From positions 62,001 through 126,000 of the forward strand of contig NC_079239.1 in the NCBI RefSeq assembly GCF_027921745.1: a DNA stretch of 64,000 nt, read 5' to 3'. This document shows positions 22,274 to 34,996 of this stretch, piece by piece. The notes under the pieces are model-generated. The model made no database searches. It saw only the letters and a list, made by a program, of their open reading frames with translations, and was not told the origin of the DNA. A program made the translations under genes and the position numbers. This stretch comes from Schizosaccharomyces osmophilus. Lineage: Eukaryota. The first letter of the stretch is position 1. Each line of letters begins with the position of its first letter.

Positions 22274-24496
22274 ATGACATTTCAAAGGCAAATCGGGCTT
22301 TTGCAACAGTTACAGAGTTTTTATCCTTCTGCTTTGACGTACAGTACTGCACAATGTCTCATTGTTGAATTGATCCTACAATCACCTCTTACAACTACAA
22401 TTGCTTTATTAAATCCAGAACAAACGAGTGCTAAGGAATGGAGTTATCTCTGTTCCTTGACCGACTGCTTTTCGTGTATTTTATGCTCACAAAGGTCCAT
22501 TCCTTCAGAATTACATCTTGTAGCACAGAAAGTATTTGCTTCCACACTTCTTCCAAAGCTGAAGGTATGGATAGAGTACTATAGCTCTCAGTTTGTATCA
22601 CATTGCGTTTCTACACCCGTCAATTTACACGACTTTCCTTTTGTATTATTCTTCCAATCTCCTCTGGGTGTTCAGTTGTTTTTTCGTTCGTGGGAAACAG
22701 ATCAAGAGTCTTCAAGAGAATTACTTTTCTCCAAATTTCTATCAGTTTGCTCGTCCTCTGCTGCATTTGAGCTTGCTCGGCTTTGCCAAAACCATGACAG
22801 TCGATCCAAAACAGTACGGTTGCTTTGCCGCTCTTCCTCATTAAAGAAATCGTTCCTGCTTTCAGAATTCTATGAACAGTTGAGTGCCATCATACTTCAA
22901 GAAAATCCAGATAACCTTGTCTACGGTCTTGTAAAAGAATGTTTATTACTGACCAGTGCACACGAGTTAGTCCGACTTTCGCTCAAGAGAATGAACTCAT
23001 TATTCCTTTTATGTCTTCCAGGACATCCAGAAGTTGTAAACAAAGATTTTTGTCTTGTTTGGACTGAACTAGCTGAGAGATACTGCTGTCAAGAAGATTG
23101 GCTTTATCTGTTAAATATCATTTGCAACTTTAAGTCTTGCAGAGAAGTCATACATAAAGAATGCGCTGAATTTATAGAGGAACAAATTCATTTAAGAGCA
23201 GCTAAGATGGTTGGTATTAAACTAGCTATTCAATATAACCCTAAAAGCATAGTACCTCGGGTTCAAGATCTTCTTGAATGTGGAGTCTGTGATTCACTTC
23301 TCTTAGAAACATTGCGACTCACGACTACTATTGGCTCCATAAAAAAGTTAGTTGTGGATTATCCGAAGGTTTTACGGCAACTGATAGATGGCTTGGATAC
23401 AAACTCATCCTTAACTGAAGTTAATTCTTCTGCGGTTATACTCTATAATCTTTGTAAATTCAAAGTTCAAAAAGCTGAAAATGAGCAAGAATTGCAACGG
23501 TTGCGTACTATGGCTGAAGCAGATTCATCGTACACTGCTTCCCCTGAGGATGAGCAAATACCAACTGAAAAGAGGATACAAGCAATTATTAGTCTTCAAA
23601 TTTTACAGAAATTGTACTCATTGTCTCATACCCATCTCTCTTTGAATGAGTTAATCTCCAAAATTTTAGTACATATTGCTAGTGTCCGAAACAGTCGGCC
23701 TGAACTTGTGCAGTATGGTGCTGTCAAATTTTTGACTAAACCTTACTTTACGGAAAGGTTTAATTTTAATGCCGCTCATGCTTTAGCAAAGATTCTCATC
23801 AGCACAGCACCTCAAAGCGTATTTACTGGCTCTTTACCTTCTAATCGAGCGATTGATCCTATTTGCAAACTACTGCAAATTAGCGAAGAAAGGATTAACG
23901 AATATCCTATTTTATTAGCAAAGTTTGAATCTTTATTAGCACTAACAAATTTAGCATCCATGGATGAAAATAGTCGTCAAGCTATTATTTTGAAATCATG
24001 GGCAGCCATCGATGACTTGCTTATAAGCAACCATGAATTAGTCCAAAGAGCAACAGTAGAACTTGTTAATAATTTGTCCCTTTCTCCATATTGCTTAATT
24101 AAGTTTATTGGCGAGAACAATTCCGGGCCCGAAGCTACACGTCTAAAAATCCTTATGGCATTAAGTGATGCTGACGATGAAGCGACAAAGTTGGCGGCAT
24201 GTGGATCTTTGGTGCAAATATGCAGTTGCGAAGCAGGATGTAAAGCTATACTGGACATTTACTCGAACTTTGAGTTTGTTATTCGGATGTTGACGGATGA
24301 AAACATTGGGGTCCAACATCGTGCACTAGTGTGTATATGTAATTTTGTTTTCTCTGACAATGAAGCAATCCTTGCAGCATTCCATAAAACTCCGGAAGCC
24401 CTGTTCACATTACGTATGTATAAATCTACTCAAAGAGAACTATTGACATTGAAGGAAGAAGCACTTTTGAGGATCAAAAGTTTAACGAAAACGTGA
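22274..24496 (+). CDS. rng3: UCS-domain myosin chaperone
   Basis: ARM/UCS motifs AAHALAKILI, FESLLALTNLAS, VQRATVELVNNL; position beside rpl35 and ssp120. Confidence 0.9.
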   Translation: MTFQRQIGLLQQLQSFYPSALTYSTAQCLIVELILQSPLTTTIALLNPEQTSAKEWSYLCSLTDCFSCILCSQRSIPSELHLVAQKVFASTLLPKLKVWIEYYSSQFVSHCVSTPVNLHDFPFVLFFQSPLGVQLFFRSWETDQESSRELLFSKFLSVCSSSAAFELARLCQNHDSRSKTVRLLCRSSSLKKSFLLSEFYEQLSAIILQENPDNLVYGLVKECLLLTSAHELVRLSLKRMNSLFLLCLPGHPEVVNKDFCLVWTELAERYCCQEDWLYLLNIICNFKSCREVIHKECAEFIEEQIHLRAAKMVGIKLAIQYNPKSIVPRVQDLLECGVCDSLLLETLRLTTTIGSIKKLVVDYPKVLRQLIDGLDTNSSLTEVNSSAVILYNLCKFKVQKAENEQELQRLRTMAEADSSYTASPEDEQIPTEKRIQAIISLQILQKLYSLSHTHLSLNELISKILVHIASVRNSRPELVQYGAVKFLTKPYFTERFNFNAAHALAKILISTAPQSVFTGSLPSNRAIDPICKLLQISEERINEYPILLAKFESLLALTNLASMDENSRQAIILKSWAAIDDLLISNHELVQRATVELVNNLSLSPYCLIKFIGENNSGPEATRLKILMALSDADDEATKLAACGSLVQICSCEAGCKAILDIYSNFEFVIRMLTDENIGVQHRALVCICNFVFSDNEAILAAFHKTPEALFTLRMYKSTQRELLTLKEEALLRIKSLTKT

Positions 24497-24753
24497 GCAA
24501 ACAGAACATTGGAGAAGAAACAGTATAGCATCACATGTTTTCCAAAAAGATACTTCAATTGAAAAGACCATGATGATGCAAAGTGAATGAGTTTGCATAG
24601 ATTAAATATTTAATAAAGATTATCCAAATAAACATATTAACAGTAGGATACAAGAAAGTAAATTGTAAAATAAGATCTCAAAAAAAAAAAAGACAACAAA
24701 GAAAACGATTGACATCCATTCTACGGCAGACATTGCATTCATTCCTTATTTTC

Positions 24754-25329
24754 TTATATTTGAATGGTTACTCGGCGGAACTTGGTTGGGATGTTGTTTG
24801 GCTTCAAATAATGCTTACGTCTCTCTTCAGGTCGTTTTTCGCCGTGAAAAAGTTCATCATGCTTTTGGAAATGTTCAATATCCTCGGGATGATTCCAGTT
24901 TTCGTCAGGTTCATCGAGACCGGCAGGATGGTACTTCTCTACGTGATGCATTTCAAACTCTTCTTCTTCATCTCCATGATGTCCAGGAAAACCAAAGTCA
25001 GTAAGCTCACCTCCATTCTTACGAAAGTCTAAGAATTCGTCCAAAGTGACATATCGATTTTGCGAAGCATCAGTTTTCTTTAGAACGTCAACCAAAATTT
25101 CATTCTTTTTGAAGATCGGAACATCATCATTATTATAAATACCGTAAAGAGTAAGGATATCACGATCGGTCCAGTATCCTTTGTTTGCTAAATCATGAAG
25201 ACGAAAAAAGGATTCGTCTGTGAATTTATCAATATGGTGTTCTTCTTTCATATGTTTTTCAATCCATCCTGCAAACACTGTATTAAAAAAAAGTAGAAAT
25301 GAGAAACATTTAAAAACCTTCGTAATCAT
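24754..25329 (-). CDS. ssp120: Secretory EF-hand protein Ssp120
   Basis: Signal peptide, HMKEEHHI, FFRLHD, PGHHGDEEEEFEMHH, NHPEDIEHF. Confidence 0.9.
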   Translation of the reverse strand: MITKVFKCFSFLLFFNTVFAGWIEKHMKEEHHIDKFTDESFFRLHDLANKGYWTDRDILTLYGIYNNDDVPIFKKNEILVDVLKKTDASQNRYVTLDEFLDFRKNGGELTDFGFPGHHGDEEEEFEMHHVEKYHPAGLDEPDENWNHPEDIEHFQKHDELFHGEKRPEERRKHYLKPNNIPTKFRRVTIQI

Positions 25330-26120
25330 AGTTTCCGTTCCAAATGAAGTTAAGTATTCGTGTAGTGGGTAGTAGGTAACTTGGTTTCTTATGTTTGATA
25401 TATGATGAATGGTTGTAGCTTTTCATGAATATCTAGAAGAATAAACAAAAAAAATACCAGGTGAATGAAAATGAGAAAAAGACAAGAAAATTAAAAAGTT
25501 TTACATTAATTCCTACAGAGTTTTGGTTGACTGGTCATAATACAAGACAGAACGTAGTATCGACTTTTTACCAATACTTTTCTTCGCTTCTCTTTTTCTT
25601 CTTCTTTTCAGATTCTATTTTGAGTTCAGTTTCACCATACCGGCTCCGTTTCAGAGACTATTTATATTGTTTGGATACCAGGATTAAGTAAATAAACAAA
25701 AGAATATGTAAGAATCTAAATGTTTGGCAAGCAATCAACAAAATCGAACCTGATTTAATTTTTGTTTTTTTCTCTTTAATTACATCCTACCTAGAACTTG
25801 TAATCCTGAAACGTTCTCATAAAACGTATCCTGTAAGGTACATTTCGATGTGAGCGTTGTGCATCTACAACAATTTCCATAGCCATTGATAAAATTTATA
25901 CTGCTTAATTTCTGTAATTTATCTCTTTTTATTTTTCGAGTTAAAAGCTTGATTCTTCAAAAATCCATTCAAAGTTTACAAGCTGCCGTTTTATAGTGCC
26001 AGAATTGAAATTTATTAATTTTATTTATATAATGACCTTTAATTATTCTTTATAAGCTCATAGGGTTTCCTTGCCTTTAACATTTGCCTGCAACCCATTT
26101 CATCCTTTTTCTCCTTGAGC

Positions 26121-27191
26121 ATGTCAGAAGGGCGATCCAAAATTTGCTCTGTTTGCAAGACAAATGTTAGCAAATATAGATGCCCTGGATGTGAATCTTT
26201 GTATTGCTCTTTAAGCTGCAATAAAACCCATAAAGAGCGGACAGAATGCTCAGGTAAAAGAGACCCCACAAAATTTATTCCTAAAAACCAACTAGTGAGT
26301 CATTTAAACTCTGACTATAACTTCCTTTCTGGGTTGGAAAAGGTTTTAGAAAAGAAGGAGAAGGATGAATCCGCCTCCATTCATCGCGCAGATCGAAATC
26401 GGACACAGTTAAAACGATCGATTGAAAAGACAGGGATTAATGTTCATCTAGCACCTCCTTCAATTAAGAAAAGAAAAGACAATAAAACACACTTCGATAG
26501 AAAGAAAAGACATGTAGTGTGGACCATCGAATGGCAGCTTCATGATGTTTCTATTCAGGGATCTCCAATTGCTGTTTGCTTGACTCACCAGAATAATGAA
26601 AATGACTCCATTGATAAACTATGGGAAAATTTTCTTAAAGAAAATGAAAATAAGTTACCTATAGATCTCTCAAAATTTCAGCTGGGTAACCATCCAAAAT
26701 GGGTCATGAAAGCGAGACGATCAGTTTCTCGCGGTGATATTTTCAAAAAGGTGTCACCCTTCGTACCATTCTCATCTGTATTGCAACAGATAGAAATTTT
26801 CGAATTTCCAACGGTTCATATTCTTCCTGGAGAGATTCCTGTCTTTACACTTTCTGATTACGAAACATCATCCGAAGAAGAAGAAGAAGAAGAAGAAGAA
26901 AGTGAAAGCTCGGATAGTGAGTCCTCTTGTGATAGTACTGACAGAGAAAGTGATACCGAGAGACTAGACTTAGCTTCTTCAAATGAAGAATATTCAGCAG
27001 GTCCCAAGGAAACACCAATTCCCACTTTCGATGCTACATCAAATAAAGAGGAAGAAAAGGAAGTACAAAGTAATTCACCGGATGCTTCTTTGGATGATGC
27101 ACTTTTGTTAAATAAGGAAAAATCAAATGCTGTTGGAGACTCAACAACTCTTCCTCCCTTGTTCGGTTCTTTTTTCCAAAAGAAAGATTGA
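26121..27191 (+). CDS. bcd1: Box C/D snoRNA assembly factor (zf-HIT)
   Basis: CSVC...YRCPGC...CSLSCNKTHK zf-HIT, SDYNFL motif, acidic C-terminus; first ATG at 26121. Confidence 0.88.
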   Translation: MSEGRSKICSVCKTNVSKYRCPGCESLYCSLSCNKTHKERTECSGKRDPTKFIPKNQLVSHLNSDYNFLSGLEKVLEKKEKDESASIHRADRNRTQLKRSIEKTGINVHLAPPSIKKRKDNKTHFDRKKRHVVWTIEWQLHDVSIQGSPIAVCLTHQNNENDSIDKLWENFLKENENKLPIDLSKFQLGNHPKWVMKARRSVSRGDIFKKVSPFVPFSSVLQQIEIFEFPTVHILPGEIPVFTLSDYETSSEEEEEEEEESESSDSESSCDSTDRESDTERLDLASSNEEYSAGPKETPIPTFDATSNKEEEKEVQSNSPDASLDDALLLNKEKSNAVGDSTTLPPLFGSFFQKKD

Positions 27192-27836
27192 TTTTGGTAC
27201 ATATTTAAATGGCATAGACTATGCTGTCTGTTTTTTTTTTGATATTACGGGTTTTTGGTATAATGGGTTTTGGTTAATGATCTCAATAGAATGCATGTTT
27301 GGTTCATATTATTAAAGTATAGAAGGTTTATTTCCTTTGATATTTTTCAATGCTCATTCCTTCCTTTTGGAAATCAAAATCAACTCAAACTTTCTAGTTA
27401 AAACCCACATTTTTTATTAAGCCATCACTTCTATCCGTTTCTTTTTTTTTTTTTTTTTATATGCAATTCTTCAAAAACTATTGCCTCGGAATCCTCTTAT
27501 AGACAATGATAATCCTTCGAGATTGCCTTTGTTTTCTTAAGCCATTGTGAATCTACCGGTGGTCCATACGCCGTTAAATTGAATTCTACTAAACATGGAA
27601 GATAAAATAACACTACTATCCAATTTATTCCCAAATCAAGCTAGAGAAATCTTAAGTAAATACTTGTTCATACAGAATCCAAATAAAAATTCTCTTTACT
27701 CCTTAAAAACTATCCATTTCCTAAAGTTATAGTTTTGTTTTTGTATATCTTTGTTTCTTTCATAAATTTCACTCCCTTACTCATTACCCTTGAACTTCCC
27801 GACCAACCTTTGTCCTACTGCACAATATAGAGCAAA

Positions 27837-28800
27837 ATGGCAAAACGACAGAATAATGCGTCAGAAGACACTCAGATGAATGAAATTATGAAAGCTCCAG
27901 ACATGGATTTCATTAATATCGGTAGGCAGTCTCTTGGAAGCTAGAATGGCCACGCTGACATTGAATTATAGATTTTGAATTTTTTGACCCTCAGCCTATT
28001 GACTTCCATGCTTTTAAAAACTTGTTGAAACAGTTGTTGGGCTATGATCACACAAACGTAAACATTAGTGCTCTTTCTGATTTAATTTTAAGCCAGCCTT
28101 TATTGGGCTCTACTGTCAAGATCGATGGAAACAATTCCGACCCTTATGCTATGCTTTCTGTCATAAATTTAAATAGCAGAAGAGTAAGTCTACTATAATG
28201 GTTTAATGCAATAGACCTGGAAGAACGGGACAGAATACTAATATATACATTTAGGAAGAGCCGGTGATAAAGGAACTCACTTCTTATGTGCTTTCTAGAA
28301 TTGCAGCGTCCAATCCAAACATGGAGAAGCAAGTGCGTGAACTATTGTCTCCGGATTCCAATGCACAGATTGGTTTGATTATCAACGAACGATTGATTAA
28401 CATGCCCGTTCAAGTAATTCCTCCTATGTACAACATGCTTTTAGAAGAAATGCAGTGGGCTATCGATGCGAATGAACCGTACAACTTTACTCATTATCTA
28501 TTGTTGTCAAGAAGTTACGTTGAGGTCGCTTCGAAGCTTGATGATGAGGATGAACGACCCAAGAAGAAAGGCAAAAAAGCAGGAGAACAAGAGCTTTGCT
28601 ACTTCCATCCAGAAGATGAACAGTTTCGTCAAGCTGGACTGGCCGTTGCCGATTACTCTTTTGCCAACCAGGATTTCAACCCTGATATGAACCGCGTGTT
28701 CCAGGATGCTGGTATTAAGCCTCAAGGTGAATCAATTTTGTTGACTCACGATGCTTTCAAATCTTTAGTTCCTCAACTGCTAGATGTGTATAATGCTTAA
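27837..28800 (+). CDS. bcp1: BCCIP/Bcp1 family protein; exons 27837-27921, 27972-28183 and 28255-28800
   Basis: Spliced product contains DFEFFDP, DFHAFKNLLKQL, ERLINMP and FHPEDE; canonical splice signals. Confidence 0.9.
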
Positions 28801-29288
28801 TACACGTGACTACGCTGCTAAAAGCTCAAAAATATTTCTACTTGATTTCGTTATTTTGGTTTTGCTGGGAATTTGGTTCTTTAGGTTTTCATTTTAAAAC
28901 GGCGATAATAAATCCGTTTCAATTAACAACATGTAAATCAATTCAAAAGTCGTTACAGATTTCACGTATTGCTTACATGCTATACATTCATCAACAACCA
29001 GCTCTCACGGTCTGTGTAGTTTATTTCATACAAGTTATGGAATGTTTCAATTGCCATAGTCATCCTTTTAATATGCAAAAGTAATGTATACATCAAAGAG
29101 AACTAGAAATAAAATATAAATAGTAACATTCTCTTTTTTATTTTATTTTTCGATTCTTATCTTTTGTTTTCTCTATTTAGATCATTTACCAGGTGCCGAT
29201 TACAATTTCTCTTTACTTACTTCGCTAAAGAAGTCAACGAAATAGGATTCATTAAAGGCAGTAGAACATATTGACAAAAATACATTTC

Positions 29289-30580
29289 ATGAATGCTCAA
29301 GAGGGCGAAAACCCTTTCACCAATTTTGAAGATGCTGTAGACGCTACTGAAGATGTTCAAGATTGGCGCTTCTTGTCCAATGTAAAAGTGTACGCAATGG
29401 CGATCAAAACCTTTCAAAGAACTCTTCATTTCTTTAATTTAATTTTCTAACATTAATCTAGAGACCAAGGCAATTACACAATTCCTAAAAGAGGAGAAAA
29501 AGATTTTGAGCCAGATGGAACACTGAAACAAGAGGGAGTTTTAGAGCTTAGCCGTAAGGCTATGTACGATGCATTGTCAGTGGAAAGACTTATTTCTTTG
29601 TAAGTTACAATATCACGACGCTTTGATTGGAGAAGCGTTAGCTAACTAGTCGTTCAAGCAAGCATGTTATTATAGGAGTATGGAATTGGGAGAAGAAGAT
29701 GGCTTGCGTAGAGAAAGTGCACGGACCTTTTTTTAAAACAATGGGCCAAGGTGATTCAAAAAATCGTGTGTGGCTTCTCCCGGAAGAAACATTATATTTG
29801 GTAGAACGAGGATCAATGGAATGCTGGGCACCAAATGGTGTCCCTATGAGTCTACAGTCTCTCTATGCAGCAACTATACCGTTTTGTGGCTCTTTAGAAA
29901 GTTATCTTGTATACGCTCACCTGCGAAGATGTGGATTTTCGGTTGTGCGATCCAAACAAGTACAAAGAAACTACGATAATTTATCCAACTCTACAGATAA
30001 TGCAAGGATTGGGTTATGGAGTGTTGGAATGAAGAAAGTATTGTCTGCTTTCCATTATTTGAGCTTTATAAAACTTTGGTCGCCAAAGAGCAGCAAAGGT
30101 TACGGTTTTTTACCAAAAAGAACTTACAGAGACTTTAAACAAGTATATGAAGATATCCAAATTGTCCCTGGGTACTTTCCGAGGCCACATACTCTTGATG
30201 AAGAATTCGTAGCTCCTTTTCAACTAACTTATGATGTATATAAACCGTCCGAAATTTTCAAGAAGTCAGCCTTGAAAGAGCCAGATTTTAGAATATGTGT
30301 TGTTGATGCTCAAAGTACAGTCGTTCCGACATGTATGCAGCTAAACCGTCTCTTCGGCATAGTCCCTATTCAAGAGAACCCGTCGAGGCATATGATGCAA
30401 AGACTAAAGGAGGGAGTTAGGAGTGTTATTTTTGCTGTTGTTGATTATGGTGTCGTTAGTTACGTTCGATTTTCTGATGTATGTATGAATGAAAAATTGT
30501 TTCTTGAGCAACCCAGAAAGCGCGGAAAGGGAGACGTAAAGAAAAAGGGAATTACAAATACTAATCTAAAAGGGAATTGA
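29289..30580 (+). CDS. sen54: tRNA-splicing endonuclease subunit Sen54; introns ~29390-29461 and 29600-29658
   Basis: QDWRF, IPKRGEKDFEPDG, LLPEETLYLVERG and YAHLRRCG motifs. Confidence 0.9.
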
Positions 30581-31389
30581 CGGAATTCTCTTTAAATTTC
30601 TTGTCGGCTCAAACGGTTGATCGGTATAGGTCAAAAAATCATATGAACCACTATTTCATTGGACGATTCTTTTTCATAAAAGTCAAGGAATTGTCTACGA
30701 TTATCGGAATTATCTTCAAAATATGTCTTCTTTTTATGACTTTGACAGATGTATATTTCCGATCGCCAAGACGCTCGATCATCTATTTACCGAATCAATA
30801 ATTTACCAGGTAAAGTGATTCCCATTATAATAAGAAATTGAATGTGAAATCTTTATGCCAAGCAAATTAAATGAATTATCGTACGGTGTTCGAGAACAGG
30901 TTGAATTCTACTTACCATGCCCAATCTAGAAGCGGTGCTTAAAAGATCCATTAAAGAACATTTTTTTGCTGTTACCAAATAGTTACAATTTACTATATGC
31001 GTCGAACAATCTACATTTGTCGACTCAGCGGAGATCGAAGTCATTTTGAACAATTACTTATAGAGTAAACAAATGCATATTTGACTCATCCTACATTGTA
31101 AAGGTGTTAGTTTACTTCTTTGACTACTGATACTTGTGGTTTTCTCACAATTTTGCAAAATGAATGGCCAACGGTACTAACAGTAGAAAAGACAATCTTT
31201 TGAAAATAAAAAAAGTAAGAAGTAACTAAATAAATTTAAAATTAAATAAATTATATGGAAATTGTTAATCTAAGCAGTAGCTTTATGAGTAGTAGTAAGC
31301 CATCCCATACGGATATCAAAGTCACCAACTCCCAACTCTGTCATTCACAGCAAACACTCACAAAACAATAAGAAAGCTGAAGTTTCAGG

Positions 31390-32688
31390 ATGCCAATGAA
31401 TAATATGAGATCATTAACAAAAAACTTGAAGAAGATCTCTCAAAATCGAGGCATTCACGGAGTCTCGTATGTCCCTCAAAAATTACAAGGTATTTCGTTC
31501 GCTGGTAGAGAAACAGCTAGTCCCACTGGGTCCTTGTCCGTTGTGGTCCGTGCTGGTAGCCGTTATCAACCTGATGCTGGTGTCGCTCACTTGTTGGAAA
31601 AGTTTGCCTTTAAAAACACTGAAGATCGCTCTGCATTGCGCATTACTCGTGAATCAGAACTTTTGGGAGGTCAGCTTTCCACCCAATTGACTCCTGAGCA
31701 CATTATTTTGACTGCACGCTTTTTAAACGAATATATGGAGTATTACGCTCGTTTACTCGCCGAAGTTGTTGATGCTTCTCAATATCTTGGCTTCCAGTAT
31801 AAAGAAGAAGTTTTGCCCGCCGCTAAGTTGGAAAGCTCTTTATGGAAGGGCAACCCCATGAACGTTGCCATGGCCAAACTTCACGAAAAGGCTTTCCATC
31901 GCGGTCTCGGTGACTTGCCTTATCTACCACTGGGAGCTAATGCTTCTATTTCCCAAATTACTGATTATGCTAAGGCTGCCTACGTAAAGTCTAACTTTTC
32001 GGTTGTTTCTTCCGGTCCTGATGTCCAAAAGGCTGCTGATACAGTTGCAAAGTATTTCTCAGTAGTTCGTGACGGGAACCCTCTTCCTACTGCTCCTACT
32101 AAGGTTGCATCTGGAGAATCTCGCATCTACTCTAGCAAGCCAATGAACCACTTCTTACTTGGTTTCCCCACCAATACTGCTCCTTCGGCTGAGCTTTACG
32201 TTTTGTCCTCTATCCTCGGTGGACGCCCCTCTGTCAAGTGGTCTCACGGAAACTCTTTACTTGCTAAAGCTTCTGAGAAGGCCTCTGAATTCAAGGCCAC
32301 TGCTGCCGCCAACTTGCATCCTTACACTGACGCTAGCCTTTTGTCCATTGTAGTTTCTGGTACTTGCCCTAAGTCTATCAAGGCTACTGCTTCCGAATCC
32401 GTTCAAGCCCTTAAGTCCTTGACCTCTTCTATTCCTGTAGAAACCATTAAGGCTGCCGTTGCGGATGCCAAGACCAAGTACCTTAGCTCTTACGAACCTA
32501 GTGTTTTGAACCCCGTTTCTACCACTTCTCTCTTTGCTACAAATTATCAACCTGAGCCTTTCATTTCTGCTTTAGATGCTGTCACACCTGAGTCCGTCGC
32601 CAAGACTGCTTCCACTTTATTATCTCGTCCTGCTAGCACCGTTGCAGTTGGCAAACTTAATCACTTGCCTTACTATGATGAGCTTTAA
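31390..32688 (+). CDS. qcr2: Cytochrome bc1 core protein 2 (start may be a downstream ATG such as 31405)
   Basis: AGSRYQ, GVAHLLEKFAF and RSALRITRESELLGG motifs; basic mitochondrial presequence; ends LPYYDEL. Confidence 0.95.
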   Translation: MPMNNMRSLTKNLKKISQNRGIHGVSYVPQKLQGISFAGRETASPTGSLSVVVRAGSRYQPDAGVAHLLEKFAFKNTEDRSALRITRESELLGGQLSTQLTPEHIILTARFLNEYMEYYARLLAEVVDASQYLGFQYKEEVLPAAKLESSLWKGNPMNVAMAKLHEKAFHRGLGDLPYLPLGANASISQITDYAKAAYVKSNFSVVSSGPDVQKAADTVAKYFSVVRDGNPLPTAPTKVASGESRIYSSKPMNHFLLGFPTNTAPSAELYVLSSILGGRPSVKWSHGNSLLAKASEKASEFKATAAANLHPYTDASLLSIVVSGTCPKSIKATASESVQALKSLTSSIPVETIKAAVADAKTKYLSSYEPSVLNPVSTTSLFATNYQPEPFISALDAVTPESVAKTASTLLSRPASTVAVGKLNHLPYYDEL

Positions 32689-33082
32689 AGGTTTCTTTAA
32701 TCTTCTTGTTCTTTTACTATTTAAATTGAACAGCATTCCAGTATAGCTCAAAAAGTACCTGATAATTCTTTAAATTCCAAAGTTTTCTTATTTGAAGAAA
32801 ATATTTAGCAAACCTTGGAATTACTTTCTTTTATACGACTGCTATGTTGTGGTTTTCTCCCATTGAAAGGTATCGAATAAAACATGATTATCTCATGGAA
32901 ATCTATGTCATCTTTACTACAAACTCGTGAAATTAAATATATATACCATTAAGTCTAAATTTTAGCATTTGCAGGAACGAAAGTAGCAAATTATGTAAGT
33001 TAGCTTTCCATTTCCGTTAAAAGAAAGATCTTGTACGCCATCTCTAGTATGTACAAATTATACTCAACAAGATTGAGTATTA

Positions 33083-34996
33083 TCAAATAATGTTGTGCTC
33101 TTTAAATGTAAACCCCCCAAATTCGTTATGATTATCGTTTCCTATATTATACATATATACATCGCCTCCGTTACAGCAGACTGAAAGTTTGGTTGTATCC
33201 GGACTAAAGACTCCGTGAGTGATCGCAAAGTCCAGCTCAGCAAAGTTTCGTATGAATGGCTCATTTAATCGAAGATCCCAAACTTTTACAATGCCGTCAC
33301 TGCCGCCAGTAACAAATAGGCTTCCATTCGGAACCCACTGGGCCATAGTAACACCTGCATCTACTTCTTCCTGATTTGCATCATCAAAATGAATCATTTT
33401 TGTTTGCCCATGTTTCAAAACATTCAAGACCTTATTGGGTTTGCGAGAATCCCAAACAAAAGTTTGATTGTCAGTTCCGCTAGATGAAACAAGGAACCCA
33501 GAATTGCTAATTGTAGCATGATTAATATCTCTTTGTAAGGTATTAAACACAATGGCAGGTTGGTAAATCCTTGTATCAATGTAATAAACTTTTCCTTTGT
33601 GAGAGTTATTACTACTGGCTACAAATCCAATGTTTGACGGATGCATATAAAGGGAAGTAAATGCTTCATCAGCCGTATTAAACCTTTGGATGAAGTTACC
33701 ATTAGTAGAGTCAAATAAGGCAAGACATCCACGCGAGTCAGATAAATGAAAACTGTCGTATCCTACAACGACACGAGAAGAGGAATCATTATCTGAAGAA
33801 GAAGAAGAGTATTCAATCAACGATGCGGAAAATTTTTTCTTCAGTGCGTTAGGATATATTAGTTTTTGAGAAGAAAGTATACTGCCCGAGTTTTTGTCTA
33901 TTGGAAGCATATAACCAAGACCGTTTTTGCATGCCACAGCAAGCACATCATCTTTAGATAAAGAGAGCTTATGAATTCGATCATTGGGTTCATTAGAAAT
34001 TCCACAGAGGGTTCCCGCCATGTCCCAAACCTTCACAGTATTATCAAAAGCACCAGTATATAAAAATTGTCCATTCTGAGAAAAGCAAAGATCAGAGATG
34101 GTTGAAAACTCATTCTCTCCATACTCATTAGTTTTGTAATGACCCGCTAAGGCTTGAACGGTATCCACCTGAAGATCACCCAGCCATAAATTGCCAACTC
34201 TATTGTACGCACCGTCCTGAGCTGTACTTCCAAAAGCAAACTTTCCAAATAAAGGATTAAAATCAACGCACACTGTATCACCACTTGTTTCGTTAAAGTA
34301 CTTCCAAGGTGTCATAAACAGAATGGTCTCACTCTGCATGAGGTTGATACAATTTCCCCGATGGAAGTGTGATACTTTCGCATCGAACAATTTTTCAAAA
34401 TATTTCGGAAGATAACAAGCTCGTTCTTGTTTCTTCAACTGCAAGGCTCCATAATCTGCAACAGGGATCAGGCTTGGATAATCGGCCTCAAATTTCTGAC
34501 AATCTTTGTAGGTTCTTCCAGGTATTTTTGGAGAAATATAAATTGGAAAAGCATCATGGAACCGAACAGTGTTAACAGGCCCATATTTCCTTTTGGCCTT
34601 CTGAAGGATTTGACATTCTTGAGGGGTGAAATCAACATGAAGGATTGTAGACTCTAAAAAATTTTTCGGCGTATTATATAAAAGATCAATATGCTCTCTT
34701 GCCTTTTTGCTCAAATATGGACGAGACTTTGGATAGTATAAACCAGAACTTAAACACAACCTTAATTCCTCATCTTCATCAAAATTTTCGGGTTCTTTCT
34801 TTTCTATCTTCGCTTTAATAGGTTGTGAGACCCGACTACGGGGAACTTGTACTTGGTCAAAAGGATCATAAAGCTCAAATCCATCCTCTAAATTTTCATA
34901 AATCGTTTCATCCTCCAAGTCCGTTTTCGGTAAGAGTTCATTGTTCCATTTATTTAAAGTTCTTTGTCGTTTTATTGATGGAAAATCTTCATTCAT
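33083..34996 (-). CDS. raf1: WD-repeat CLRC heterochromatin subunit Raf1/Dos1/Clr8
   Basis: 637 aa with WD40 repeats (VKVWD, FVWD, VKVWDLR) and YNRVGNL motif; between qcr2 and rhp16 as in S. pombe. Confidence 0.85.
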   Translation of the reverse strand: MNEDFPSIKRQRTLNKWNNELLPKTDLEDETIYENLEDGFELYDPFDQVQVPRSRVSQPIKAKIEKKEPENFDEDEELRLCLSSGLYYPKSRPYLSKKAREHIDLLYNTPKNFLESTILHVDFTPQECQILQKAKRKYGPVNTVRFHDAFPIYISPKIPGRTYKDCQKFEADYPSLIPVADYGALQLKKQERACYLPKYFEKLFDAKVSHFHRGNCINLMQSETILFMTPWKYFNETSGDTVCVDFNPLFGKFAFGSTAQDGAYNRVGNLWLGDLQVDTVQALAGHYKTNEYGENEFSTISDLCFSQNGQFLYTGAFDNTVKVWDMAGTLCGISNEPNDRIHKLSLSKDDVLAVACKNGLGYMLPIDKNSGSILSSQKLIYPNALKKKFSASLIEYSSSSSDNDSSSRVVVGYDSFHLSDSRGCLALFDSTNGNFIQRFNTADEAFTSLYMHPSNIGFVASSNNSHKGKVYYIDTRIYQPAIVFNTLQRDINHATISNSGFLVSSSGTDNQTFVWDSRKPNKVLNVLKHGQTKMIHFDDANQEEVDAGVTMAQWVPNGSLFVTGGSDGIVKVWDLRLNEPFIRNFAELDFAITHGVFSPDTTKLSVCCNGGDVYMYNIGNDNHNEFGGFTFKEHNII